64,000 bases of DNA from the NCBI GenBank assembly GCA_017434845.1, contig JAFSGD010000023.1:1631-65630 (forward strand). Reading direction: 5' to 3'. Positions 10,077 to 18,757 of the stretch are shown in pieces (the stretch's first letter is position 1; every line of letters begins with the position of its first letter). The notes beneath the pieces are model-generated. The model was not told the origin of the DNA, did not search any database, and saw only the letters and a list, made by a program, of their open reading frames with translations. The DNA comes from Clostridia bacterium (GTDB taxonomy: Bacteria; Bacillota; Clostridia; Oscillospirales; CAG-382). The translations under genes were made by a program, and so were the position numbers.

Positions 10077-11550
10077 CAGAACCCCTTATTTAAACGATTA
10101 TTATTTCCAAACGCTTGCCTTGCTTTATTTTCCCGGTGAAAAATTCCGTGCCGACGATTCTGGCGAGAACTTCGCCTATTTTCTGCTTGAAGAGACCGAT
10201 GCGCAAAACCATATCTTTTATTCAAAGGTAAGGCTTGCCTCGGGCTCTGCCTTTGCGGAGGCGGAATGGAGCGGCGGCTATGAGCCGACCATTCCGATGA
10301 ACGACGATTTCTATGCTATGAACGCGCTCGGAAAAGCCTTTCTCGAGGCGGGCAGAAGGCTTTTCGGCTTCGGCTTGCCTTGGGGCTATATAACGGGTCT
10401 GCGCCCGGTTAAAAGAGCAAAATATTATCTCGATCGCGGCTATTCCGCCGAGCAGGTAATGGGGCTTTTTGAAAGGGACTATGACGTTTCGTTTGAAAAA
10501 GCCGATCTTTCGGTTGAAACCGCGCTCGTTCAGCAAAAAATGCTTGCCGATATCAAGCCCAACGATTGCGGTCTTTACGTTTCGATACCGTTTTGCCCCA
10601 CAAGATGCGATTATTGCTCTTTCGTTTCATACAGCAACGCAAAGCTGTTTGCGCTTATTCCCGATTATCTCGAAAAGCTAATGCGCGATATCGCCGCGAC
10701 GGGCGAGCTTATAAGGCGGTTGGGAATGCGCGTTCGCGCAATTTATATCGGCGGAGGAACGCCCTCGATATTAGAGCCCGACCGGATCAACCGTCTGCTC
10801 GGCTGTATTTCCAAAAATATTGAAATCAGCGAAAACACAGAATACACCTTCGAGGGAGGACGCCCCGATACCTTAAATAAGGCAAAGCTTGCCGCCGTTA
10901 AAGCAAACGGCGTTAAGCGCATGAGCATCAACCCTCAAACAACCAACGATGCCGTTCTCGAGCGCATCGGCAGAAAGCATTCTTCGGCGCAGTTCTTCAA
11001 GGCGGCGGAGGAGGCTTTTGCGTTCGGGTTTGATACTCTGAATGCCGATCTTATCGCCGCGCTTCCGGGCGACAGCGCTGAAAGCTTTGCGAAAAGCCTT
11101 GATGACGTTATCGATCTCGGTTTTCAGAATATTACCGTTCACACGCTTTCTATCAAAAACGCGGCGACCATAAGGTTCACCGAAGACGGCTATTACGATC
11201 CCGAGGGTGAATTTGCGCGCAACAGCGTTGCCTATGCAAGAAAACGCCTGAAAGAAGCCGGGTTAAGCCCCTATTATCTTTATCGCCAAAAGAACACCGT
11301 CGGCAACGCGGAAAATACGGGCTATTCGGTTTGCGGAAAAGAGAATCTTTATAACGTTATAATGATGGAAGAGCACTCCACGGTTTTCGCCTGCGGAGCG
11401 GGCTCTATAACCAAGCTTGTCAGCCCCTCGCGAAGCGAGATATTGCGCCATGCATATCCCAAATATCCCTTTGAATATCTTCGTGAAGAAAAGGGAATCG
11501 GCGAGGACGAGGCGTTTGCCTTTTTCAACAGAAAGGAAGAAACAGTTTGA
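10057..11550 (+). CDS. hemZ: Radical SAM enzyme, HemN/HemZ-like coproporphyrinogen dehydrogenase family
   Basis: Radical SAM cluster motif CPTRCDYC with a HemN-like core; 497 aa. It lies downstream of dtd, as in many Clostridia. Confidence 0.7.
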   Translation: MKLEIDNRTPYLNDYYFQTLALLYFPGEKFRADDSGENFAYFLLEETDAQNHIFYSKVRLASGSAFAEAEWSGGYEPTIPMNDDFYAMNALGKAFLEAGRRLFGFGLPWGYITGLRPVKRAKYYLDRGYSAEQVMGLFERDYDVSFEKADLSVETALVQQKMLADIKPNDCGLYVSIPFCPTRCDYCSFVSYSNAKLFALIPDYLEKLMRDIAATGELIRRLGMRVRAIYIGGGTPSILEPDRINRLLGCISKNIEISENTEYTFEGGRPDTLNKAKLAAVKANGVKRMSINPQTTNDAVLERIGRKHSSAQFFKAAEEAFAFGFDTLNADLIAALPGDSAESFAKSLDDVIDLGFQNITVHTLSIKNAATIRFTEDGYYDPEGEFARNSVAYARKRLKEAGLSPYYLYRQKNTVGNAENTGYSVCGKENLYNVIMMEEHSTVFACGAGSITKLVSPSRSEILRHAYPKYPFEYLREEKGIGEDEAFAFFNRKEETV

Positions 11551-12398
11551 ACCCAACTATCAACGAAATGATAAAAAAAGATGAGTTTTCCTATGAAAAA
11601 ACGCTTTCGGAAATAACAAACCGCATCTGCGGCGACCGCGAGATAAAGGTTATTCTTATCGCGGGCGGCTCTTGCGCCGGCAAGACCACCACAACGCGAA
11701 AGCTTTCCGAGCTTATAACCGCTTCGGGCAGAGTTGCCCATACGGTTTCGCTTGATGATTATTACCGTAACCACGATGAAAGCGTTTATCTTCCCGACGG
11801 AACAAGAGATATCGAATCGATAAACAGCCTGCGCGTTGATCTTATAAGAGAATCGCTCGGCGATCTTATCGCGGGCAGAGAAGCCAAGATACCCATGTTC
11901 GATTTCAAAACCGAATCGAGAACCGACGATTACCGCCGCATAAAGCTCGGCGATGACGACGTTGTGCTTATCGAGGGTCTTCATGCGCTTTCTCCCGAGC
12001 TGTTTGCCGTTGCGCCTCCAGAAAGCGCAATATACAGAATTTATCTTTATGCATCTGCGGGCGACGGAGCCGATTGCCGCTTTGTTCGCCGCCTCGTGCG
12101 CGATTCGCGCCATCGCAACGCCGATGCCGAAGAGACCTATAATCTTTGGGATAACGTAAAAAGCAACGAATATGCCTCCATCGAGCCGTTCAAGAAATAT
12201 GCCGACGTTACAATCAACACCTTTTTCGTTTATGAGCGCTCGATCCTTAACGACGATGCCGTAAGGCTTTTAAAAACCGTTCAGCCCGAAAGCGAGCATT
12301 ACGAATCGGCATTAAGGCTTATATCCATTCTCGAGCCTGCCGAGTCCATAACCGACGACTACGTTCCCGAAAATTCGCTTCTTAGGGAGTTTATGTAG
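11547..12398 (+). CDS. P-loop nucleoside kinase, uridine kinase/phosphoribulokinase family
   Basis: Walker A GGSCAGKTTT and overall Udk-like length. The TTG start overlaps the hemZ stop; ATG 11568 is an alternative. Confidence 0.6.
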   Translation: MNPTINEMIKKDEFSYEKTLSEITNRICGDREIKVILIAGGSCAGKTTTTRKLSELITASGRVAHTVSLDDYYRNHDESVYLPDGTRDIESINSLRVDLIRESLGDLIAGREAKIPMFDFKTESRTDDYRRIKLGDDDVVLIEGLHALSPELFAVAPPESAIYRIYLYASAGDGADCRFVRRLVRDSRHRNADAEETYNLWDNVKSNEYASIEPFKKYADVTINTFFVYERSILNDDAVRLLKTVQPESEHYESALRLISILEPAESITDDYVPENSLLREFM

Positions 12399-12403
12399 AA
12401 GAA

Positions 12404-14113
12404 ATGAGTCAGGAAGTAAAAAAAGGCAAAAGCTTCTTGCGCGAGGCGGTTATTTTAACCGTAGCAAGCTTTGCCGTTAAAATAATCGGCGTTGTTTTTA
12501 AAATACCGCTAACCAATATTCTCGGCGAGAATATCGGTGTTTTCACCGCCGCTTATTCTATTTATGCAATGCTTTTCATGCTAAGCACCAGCGGCTTGCC
12601 GGTTGCGGTAAGCAAAATGGTTGCCGCAAGCAACGAAAAGGGAAGAGGCTTGGAGGCAAAGCGCATTTCCTTCCTCGCTTCGATAGTTTTCGGCATAATC
12701 GGCTTTGTGTTTATGGTGCTGCTTATTGCCTTTGCGCCTGCCGTTGCCGAATTTACGGGCCACGCCGAAAGCGCGCTCGCAATGCGCGTTATCGCGCCCT
12801 CGCTGTTTTTTATTTGCATTTGTGCCTCGGTTCGCGGCTATTTTCAGGGGCTTCACAATATGTATCCGACTGCGATTTCGCAGTTTATCGAGGCGTTCTT
12901 TAAGCTAACGGTAGGTCTCGGCGCGGTAATGGTTGCCGATTCTATGGGTGCTTCGGTTGCGGTTCAGGCGGCGTGTGCGATAAGCGGTGTTTCGGTCGGA
13001 ACGCTGTTTGCAACGATTTTTATCGTTATTTATCGCAAATTCTCTAAAAAGTGCCTGCCGAACGATAGCGATCAAACGGTAAGAAGCAACAAAACGCTTT
13101 TAAAGCTTATAGTGCTCGTTGCGCTTCCCGTAACATTAACCGCCGCGGCGCTTTATTTTTCGCAGTTTCTCGATACGCTTATCATCGTTAACTGCCTTGT
13201 TTCCTCGGGCGAAAGCAACGAAACCGCACAAACGCTCTATTCGGCATATACAGGGCTTTCGGTTCCTATCTACGACCTATTGCCCGCAACCCTCGTTTTC
13301 CCGATAGCAACCAGCATTCTGCCCGCCGTTTCGGGTGCGCTCGCCGTTAAAAAGAAAAAGCTTGCATCTAAGCTTACCGCGCAGGCGATAAGAATTTCGG
13401 GCATTATCGCCGTTCCCTGCGGCGCGTTTCTGCTCGTAACGGGCAAATCCTGCATTTCCTTGCTTTACGGTGCAAATAAGTGGTCAACTCCGTTAACCAT
13501 GGCAAACGGAAGCGAACTTTTGCCGCTTGATGCCGCCTCTGTCTCGCTTTGCATACTTGCGTTTGCGGTGTTCTTTATTTCAATAGTTTCAACCTGCAAC
13601 TCGCTTTTGAACGCATACGGCAGACCGCACCTGCCCTTTATTTCGGTGCTTGCCGGCATAGTTATACTTATCGGCTCCGAAATCGCCCTTCTTTACAGCC
13701 CTCTCGGCATTCAGGGCGCACCAATGAGCTCGCTTATCTGCTATTTGATAGTTATGCTTGCTGATATTTGGTTTTTAAGAAAATGTTGCGGTATTCGTTT
13801 GAAGCTTGTGGGTATGTTTGCAAGACCGGTCGTTTGCGGTGTTATATCCGCCGCCGTTACATACGTTGTTTATAAGAGCGCGCAGGTGCTTTGGACAATG
13901 CTTGTAGGGGGCTCGCTTTACACCCGCGCGGCTTCGTTCTTTATTCTGCTTGCATCGGGCATTGCACTCGTTATCGCCTATGCGGCGTCGATTTTGGCGC
14001 TTAAGGCGATCAAGGAGGATGAGGTTCGCTTGCTTCCCTGCGGAAACAGAATTGCCGATCTTTTGATAAAGCACAAGCTGCTAAAGGCTTCGCAAAAGAG
14101 CGATGAGGAATAA
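12404..14113 (+). CDS. MOP-superfamily flippase (MurJ/SpoVB/YabM-like polysaccharide biosynthesis protein)
   Basis: 569 aa and hydrophobic throughout (about 14 TM helices). It occupies the yabM position upstream of mazG. Confidence 0.7.
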   Translation: MSQEVKKGKSFLREAVILTVASFAVKIIGVVFKIPLTNILGENIGVFTAAYSIYAMLFMLSTSGLPVAVSKMVAASNEKGRGLEAKRISFLASIVFGIIGFVFMVLLIAFAPAVAEFTGHAESALAMRVIAPSLFFICICASVRGYFQGLHNMYPTAISQFIEAFFKLTVGLGAVMVADSMGASVAVQAACAISGVSVGTLFATIFIVIYRKFSKKCLPNDSDQTVRSNKTLLKLIVLVALPVTLTAAALYFSQFLDTLIIVNCLVSSGESNETAQTLYSAYTGLSVPIYDLLPATLVFPIATSILPAVSGALAVKKKKLASKLTAQAIRISGIIAVPCGAFLLVTGKSCISLLYGANKWSTPLTMANGSELLPLDAASVSLCILAFAVFFISIVSTCNSLLNAYGRPHLPFISVLAGIVILIGSEIALLYSPLGIQGAPMSSLICYLIVMLADIWFLRKCCGIRLKLVGMFARPVVCGVISAAVTYVVYKSAQVLWTMLVGGSLYTRAASFFILLASGIALVIAYAASILALKAIKEDEVRLLPCGNRIADLLIKHKLLKASQKSDEE

Positions 14114-14114
14114 T

Positions 14115-14921
14115 ATGACAAAACAAGAGCTTTTAAATAAAACCGAATACGGCTTCGATGATCTCGTTGCCGTTATAAAAATACTTCGCGCTCCCGGCGG
14201 TTGCCCTTGGGATGCCGAGCAAACACACAAAAGCATTCGCCGCGATCTTCTTGAAGAGACCTATGAGCTTATCGAGGGAATCGACAAGGACGATGCCGAA
14301 ATGCTTCGCGAGGAGCTTGGCGACGTTTTGCTTCAGGTTGTTTTCCATGCCGATATTGCAGAGGATGAGGGCAGATTCGGCATTTCGGAGGTCTGCACGG
14401 ATATCTGCAAAAAGCTTATCGTGCGCCACCCTCACGTTTTTGGCGACGTAACTGTTAGCGGAACCGAAAACGTCTTGGCAAATTGGGATTCTATAAAGCG
14501 CGAGACCAAGCACCAAAAGAGCGATACCGAGGTTCTTCGCTCTGTTTCGCCTGCCATGCCCGCGCTTATGCGTGCCGACAAGCTCGGCAAAAAGGCGCGT
14601 AAGATGGGCTTTGATTTCGATGATTCCGAAGAAGCTATGCAAAAGGTTTTCGAGGAAGCAAAAGAAGCAAGCGAGGCTTACGCCTCGGGCGATAAGGCGG
14701 CAACCGAAGAGGAATTCGGCGACCTTTTGCTCGCCGTTGTGAACGCCGCGCGCCTTGCGGGTGTTGATGCCGAACGGGCACTTTATAACGCAAACGAGAA
14801 ATTTTTGGCAAGATTCGAGCGCGTCGAAGCGATTTGCAATGCCGAAGGAAAGACGCTTTCTTCCGCAACTCGCGAGGAAAAAGAAGAATTTTGGCAAAAA
14901 AGTAAGCAAAAACAGCTATAA
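14115..14921 (+). CDS. mazG: Nucleoside triphosphate pyrophosphohydrolase MazG
   Basis: Two MazG repeats (EETYELIEGI...EELGDVLLQVV and EEFGDLLLAVV). I prefer ATG 14115, which has an SD GAGGA, over the upstream ATG at 14103 that heads the tracked ORF. Confidence 0.88.
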   Translation: MTKQELLNKTEYGFDDLVAVIKILRAPGGCPWDAEQTHKSIRRDLLEETYELIEGIDKDDAEMLREELGDVLLQVVFHADIAEDEGRFGISEVCTDICKKLIVRHPHVFGDVTVSGTENVLANWDSIKRETKHQKSDTEVLRSVSPAMPALMRADKLGKKARKMGFDFDDSEEAMQKVFEEAKEASEAYASGDKAATEEEFGDLLLAVVNAARLAGVDAERALYNANEKFLARFERVEAICNAEGKTLSSATREEKEEFWQKSKQKQL

Positions 14922-14967
14922 TATTGCATAAAAACGCCATTATTGCCCTAAAAAATGCAAAAAACCC

Positions 14968-14996
14968 TTGCGAATGGGGAAAAATGGTGATATAAT
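14968..14996 (+). promoter_or_regulatory. Sigma-A promoter for hup (TTGCGA-17-TGaTATAAT)
   Basis: The -35 TTGCGA is at 14968-14973, the spacer is 17 nt, and the extended -10 TATAAT is at 14991-14996. Confidence 0.65.
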
Positions 14997-15034
14997 AATT
15001 TCACTAATAATTTTCATTTTGAAAGGAATTACTC

Positions 15035-15310
15035 ATGAACAAGTCCACTCTCGTAGAATTTGTAGCAAATAACGCAAACCTCAAGAAGAAGGATGCTGAA
15101 GCAGCTGTTAACGCAATGTTCAATGCTATCGAAACCGAACTCGCTACCGGCGGTAAGGTTCAGATCGCAGGCTTCGGTTCTTTCAAGGTTAAGGAAAGAG
15201 CTGAAAGAGTCGGCCGTAACCCCAAGACCAAAGAAACCATCACCATCCCCGCATCCAAGACCCCCGCTTTCGTTGCAGGTAAGGATCTTAAGGAAGCTGT
15301 TAACAAATAA
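15035..15310 (+). CDS. hup: Nucleoid-associated DNA-binding protein HU
   Basis: 91 aa with typical HU/IHF sequence (FGSFKVKERAERVGRNPKTKETITIPA). Confidence 0.95.
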   Translation: MNKSTLVEFVANNANLKKKDAEAAVNAMFNAIETELATGGKVQIAGFGSFKVKERAERVGRNPKTKETITIPASKTPAFVAGKDLKEAVNK

Positions 15311-15324
15311 GATTACCGATTTTG

Positions 15325-15350
15325 CAAGGCAGGGCTTAACCCCTGCCTTG
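15325..15350 (+). terminator. Stem-loop after hup
   Basis: CAAGGCAGGG / CCCTGCCTTG, a 10-bp stem. The T-tract after it is weak. Confidence 0.4.
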
Positions 15351-15373
15351 TTCTCCCCGAAGGAAATATATTA

Positions 15374-15616
15374 ATGAGATTAGATAAATATCTTAAGGTT
15401 TCGCGTATTATCAAGCGCCGCACCGTTGCAAACGAGGCGTGCGGCGATAACCTCGTTTTCGTTAACGGCAAAGCCGTTAAGCCCTCTTACGACGTTAAGA
15501 TCGGCGACGTTATCGAGGTTCATTACGGAACTCGCATAACCAAATTCCGCGTTGTTTCGGTTGCGGAATCAGTCAGAAAGGCAGAAGCAGCCGAAATGTA
15601 TGAGGTTGTGGAATAA
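15374..15616 (+). CDS. yabO: S4-domain RNA-binding protein (YabO/RqcP-like)
   Basis: 80 aa with an S4 motif MRLDKYLKVSRIIKRR. It sits in the yabO position of the conserved yabM-yabR block. Confidence 0.8.
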   Translation: MRLDKYLKVSRIIKRRTVANEACGDNLVFVNGKAVKPSYDVKIGDVIEVHYGTRITKFRVVSVAESVRKAEAAEMYEVVE

Positions 15617-15667
15617 ATCTCGCTTCGTTAGCATATTTTTGAATATGCACGAACGGAGGATTTGTCC

Positions 15668-15928
15668 ATGAACTCAAAAAAGCACACCATAGCTCTTGAA
15701 TCACGCGCCCTGCTTAACGTTACCGCAGTTGAAGAGGTCGTTTCGTTTGACGAAGGCTTAGTCAGCCTCTCTCTCGGCGAAACCGTTCTTAATATCAGCG
15801 GTGAGGGGCTTTCGGTTAAGAACCTTTCGCTCGAAAACGGCGAAATAACCGTTATCGGAAAAATAGATGCCGTTGTTTATTTCGAAGATACGCCCCGCAA
15901 AAAGCGCTTTGGGCTGTTCGGTAAATAA
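15668..15928 (+). CDS. yabP: Sporulation protein YabP
   Basis: YabP-like beta-rich sequence (LESRALLNVTAVEEVVSFDE...ITVIGKIDAV). SD GGAGG lies 8 nt upstream of ATG 15668. Confidence 0.8.
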   Translation: MNSKKHTIALESRALLNVTAVEEVVSFDEGLVSLSLGETVLNISGEGLSVKNLSLENGEITVIGKIDAVVYFEDTPRKKRFGLFGK

Positions 15929-15929
15929 G

Positions 15930-16418
15930 GTGCAGATAGATTATTCGCTTCATACCCGGCTTGCCTTGTGGTCGGTCGCTCTCGGCGCGGTGCTTTGCGC
16001 GGCATACGACATATTCCGCCTGTTCCGTCTGCGCAAGAAGCAAAACGCAGTTCTGCTTTTTGTTTGCGATGTTGCGTTTTGCGTTATCGCGGCGGTTTCG
16101 GTGCTTTTGTTGTTCTTTAATCTGTCGTTCGGAAGAATGAGAGCATATTCGTTTGTGCTCATTGCCGTCGGCTTTGCGGCATGGCGTTTAACGGTCAGCC
16201 GTTTCGTTATCGCAATGATGCAAAAGCTTATTGCCTTTACCGAAAGGCTTATAAATTCGATAATAACCCGCGCTAAAGCAAAGCTTAAGCTTTTTGCGCG
16301 GAAAATATACACAAAACACTATTGCAAAAAGACCGAATCGCTCGCCAAAGCGGGATTCGGCATGAAGCTGAAACGAAAGGAAATTAAAAATGCAGAAGAA
16401 AACAATTCGCCGCAGTAA
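15930..16418 (+). CDS. yabQ: Spore cortex biosynthesis protein YabQ-like membrane protein
   Basis: Hydrophobic protein directly after yabP. The GTG start at 15930 follows the yabP stop; the track ORF start at 15867 is an overextension into yabP. Confidence 0.6.
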   Translation: MQIDYSLHTRLALWSVALGAVLCAAYDIFRLFRLRKKQNAVLLFVCDVAFCVIAAVSVLLLFFNLSFGRMRAYSFVLIAVGFAAWRLTVSRFVIAMMQKLIAFTERLINSIITRAKAKLKLFARKIYTKHYCKKTESLAKAGFGMKLKRKEIKNAEENNSPQ

Positions 16419-16680
16419 CCTTGTTATCAGGGCGGCATTCATTTTAATATTAATATTCCTTTTTGTTTCGGTTATTAACCTTCAGGTGCAAATGAACGAG
16501 CTCCGCGGCGAGCTTGATGCCCGCATCGAGAAGGCGCAGCTTATTCAGGATAACATCGACGAGCTCGAGCTCAGAATAGCCGCGCCCATCGACGAGGAAT
16601 ATATCGAGCGCGTTGCACGCGATCAGCTTGGCTATCGCAAGCCCAACGAAATTATTTTTGTTAACGATATTGCAAAATAA
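16390..16680 (+). CDS. divIC: Septum formation initiator (DivIC/FtsB family)
   Basis: One TM helix followed by a coiled coil (LQVQMNELRGELDARIEKAQL) and the C-terminal motif ERVARDQLGYRKPNEI. Confidence 0.8.
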   Translation: MQKKTIRRSNLVIRAAFILILIFLFVSVINLQVQMNELRGELDARIEKAQLIQDNIDELELRIAAPIDEEYIERVARDQLGYRKPNEIIFVNDIAK

Positions 16681-16700
16681 ATTAAAGAGGTTGAGGATAT

Positions 16701-17087
16701 ATGGCATATTCGCTCGGCGAGACTGTTAGCGGAACCGTAAGCGGCGTTGTTGATTACGGTGCGTTTGTGCGCCTTGAAGACGGCACGAGCGGAATGATAC
16801 ACATTTCGAAGCTCTCGCGCGAATACGTTTCTGATATCCACAGCGTTATCAAAAAGGGCGACGTTGTTACCGCAACCGTTATTTCGGTTGAAAACGGCAA
16901 GATCGCGCTTTCGCTTATCGGTGATTCCCCAAAAAAGTGCGCTTCGCGTGAGGAACGCTTCGAGAAAAAAAGCGAGCCTAAGGATTTTGAATCTATGCTT
17001 TCTTCTTTTAAAAGCGCAAGCGAAGAAAAGCTTGCGGGCATAAACCGCGCAAGCCGCGGCGACCGCGAACGCAGAAGACGTAAATAA
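16701..17087 (+). CDS. yabR: S1-domain RNA-binding protein (YabR-like)
   Basis: S1 motif GTVSGVVDYGAFVRLEDGTSGMIHISKLS with a basic C-terminal tail. Confidence 0.82.
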   Translation: MAYSLGETVSGTVSGVVDYGAFVRLEDGTSGMIHISKLSREYVSDIHSVIKKGDVVTATVISVENGKIALSLIGDSPKKCASREERFEKKSEPKDFESMLSSFKSASEEKLAGINRASRGDRERRRRK

Positions 17088-17099
17088 AACGAATAAAAC

Positions 17100-17140
17100 A
17101 AACGCTTTCCGAGCAAAATAAAGGAAAGCGTTTTTGTTTT
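17100..17140 (+). terminator. Rho-independent terminator after yabR
   Basis: An 11-bp perfect stem AAACGCTTTCC / GGAAAGCGTTT followed by TTGTTTT. Confidence 0.75.
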
Positions 17141-17201
17141 GCCATAAAAATGCACTAATTGTAAAAAATAAACAAATTGATTTTGGTGGGATAAGAAATT
17201 G

Positions 17202-17230
17202 TTGACAAATATGTATGGATATGATATTAT
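17202..17230 (+). promoter_or_regulatory. Sigma-A promoter for hpf (TTGACA-17-TGaTATTAT)
   Basis: TTGACA at 17202-17207, a 17-nt spacer, and TATTAT at 17225-17230. Confidence 0.65.
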
Positions 17231-17276
17231 ATATTTAGACAGAGATACTGTCAATTATATAAAAGGAGATGGCGAT

Positions 17277-17798
17277 ATGAAAACAAGGATCATCACCAAA
17301 AAGTTCACTCTTACCGATGACGTTCGGGACTGGATCGAAAAAAAACTTAAAAAGTTCGATAAGTTCTTTCCCGAGGATACCGAGGCAACCGTTGCCTTAA
17401 GCAGCAACCGTCTCGGCGAGAGAATCGAGCTTACCATCTACCGCAACGGTTCGATATTCCGTTCGGAAGTATCCGATAAGGATTATAAATGTGCACTCGA
17501 CACCGCGATGGAAAATATCGAACGTCAGATCAGAAAGAACCGCACGCGTCTCGAAAAGAAAATTCACGTTAAAAAAGAGGTGTTTGCCGAGGCAGAGCTC
17601 GCCGAAGCAGAGGATACCATCACCGTCGGCAAGGTAAAGCGGTTCGAAATGCATCCCATGTCGGTTGAGGAAGCAATACTTCAAATGAATCTGCTGCAGC
17701 ATAATTTCTATATGTTCCTTAACTCTGAAAACGGCAGATACAACGTTGTTTATAAGCGCGACGATAACGATTATGGCGTTATCGAGCCCGCTGAATAA
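17277..17798 (+). CDS. hpf: Ribosome hibernation promoting factor, long form
   Basis: The N-terminal S30AE/RaiA fold sequence and the C-terminal dimerisation domain (KRFEMHPMSVEEAILQMNLLQHNFYMF) are both present. SD AAAGGAG precedes ATG 17277. Confidence 0.88.
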   Translation: MKTRIITKKFTLTDDVRDWIEKKLKKFDKFFPEDTEATVALSSNRLGERIELTIYRNGSIFRSEVSDKDYKCALDTAMENIERQIRKNRTRLEKKIHVKKEVFAEAELAEAEDTITVGKVKRFEMHPMSVEEAILQMNLLQHNFYMFLNSENGRYNVVYKRDDNDYGVIEPAE

Positions 17799-17810
17799 GA
17801 ATTAATATAC

Positions 17811-17846
17811 AAAAGGGGGCTTTTTGAAAAAAGCCCCCTTTTAAAA
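17811..17846 (+). terminator. Rho-independent terminator after hpf
   Basis: AAAAGGGGGC / GCCCCCTTTT 10-bp stem with a 12-nt loop. Confidence 0.75.
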
Positions 17847-17899
17847 TCCCCCAAAAACTTTAAATGATAAATAAATTAAAAAGTTTTGCGGGTGGGTTA

Positions 17900-17933
17900 A
17901 AGGGAGGGCGCTTTTTCAAAAGCACCCTCCCTT
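17900..17933 (-). terminator. Stem-loop terminator for the minus-strand gene 17958-18626
   Basis: AAGGGAGGGCGC / GCACCCTCCCTT, 11 of 12 bp paired, just downstream of the gene on the minus strand. The T-tract is weak. Confidence 0.45.
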
Positions 17934-17957
17934 ATAAAATATAAAAATTCTTTAAAG

Positions 17958-18626
17958 CTAATTGCCCGAGGTGTCGGAAACGTCGGTGTAGTATTTATAC
18001 GAATCGGGGAAATACGATTTTTCCATTTCGTCGGGAAGCAACAGCTTCAGCGCAACGTTGGTTTTGCCGATATCGGAAGCAACGCTGCAAACCATTTTTT
18101 CGTCGTCATAGGTAACGTCGATTCCGTTTATGTAGTTTTCGAGCAGAACCACGGGAATCATATATTCATCGTTCTGGTAAAGTATCGGTGCCGAAATTCT
18201 TATGGGGTTATCGTTAATAACAATAAGCGAAGAATTCTTTTTGCATTCTATTCTGTTGTCGGTACCGATTATAAAAAGTGTTACGTCGTCGCCCGAGCCC
18301 GCAATTCCGAAAGAGCCGATCTCGGTAAGATAAGAGAAGGGAATATAAAGACCGTATTCGTTGTTGGCGTCCTGCGCATCGATCTTATGAAGCGTTTTTT
18401 CGCCGTAAACAATGCCGATCGAATAGATTTCGGTGTTTTTCGCCGTGTCGTTAAAGGAATAAATGATCAATCCGCCGACAAAAAGAGTAATAACAATATA
18501 AAATGCCAAGAATACAATAAAGTAAGCGAGCGCCTGAGTGAACATTCCGCTTTCGCGTTTTTTCTTTATCGGCTTTTTCGTTGGCTTTTTCACCGGCTTT
18601 GCGGTTTTAACCGCCTGCTCTGCCAT
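17958..18626 (-). CDS. Membrane-anchored hypothetical protein with a copper-amine-oxidase-N-terminal-like (stalk) domain
   Basis: Lys-rich N-terminus, one TM helix, then a pattern (VINDNPIRISAPILYQNDEYMIPVVLLENYINGIDVTYDD) resembling the stalk domain. Visibly more AT-rich than its neighbours. Confidence 0.4.
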   Translation of the reverse strand: MAEQAVKTAKPVKKPTKKPIKKKRESGMFTQALAYFIVFLAFYIVITLFVGGLIIYSFNDTAKNTEIYSIGIVYGEKTLHKIDAQDANNEYGLYIPFSYLTEIGSFGIAGSGDDVTLFIIGTDNRIECKKNSSLIVINDNPIRISAPILYQNDEYMIPVVLLENYINGIDVTYDDEKMVCSVASDIGKTNVALKLLLPDEMEKSYFPDSYKYYTDVSDTSGN

Positions 18627-18757
18627 TGCGCTCCCTCCTTTAAAATCGTGTTTTAAGCATTATAACACATAAGCATAAAAAAATAAAGGGGTAGAATTAA
18701 CCTTTTCACGTTTTTTTACATATTCTGTTGTTGCTTGGTTTTTTGGGGCAACGCTTA

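Noticed and set aside
15093-15374. A 93-aa alternative-frame ORF overlapping hup
   Set aside because: It lies within the unmistakable HU coding sequence in a different frame, with a basic low-complexity translation. It is not credible as a gene.
18627-18757. CtsR operator upstream of the clpC-like gene
   Set aside because: No GGTCAAA-type direct repeat is present in the intergenic region, so no CtsR site is called.
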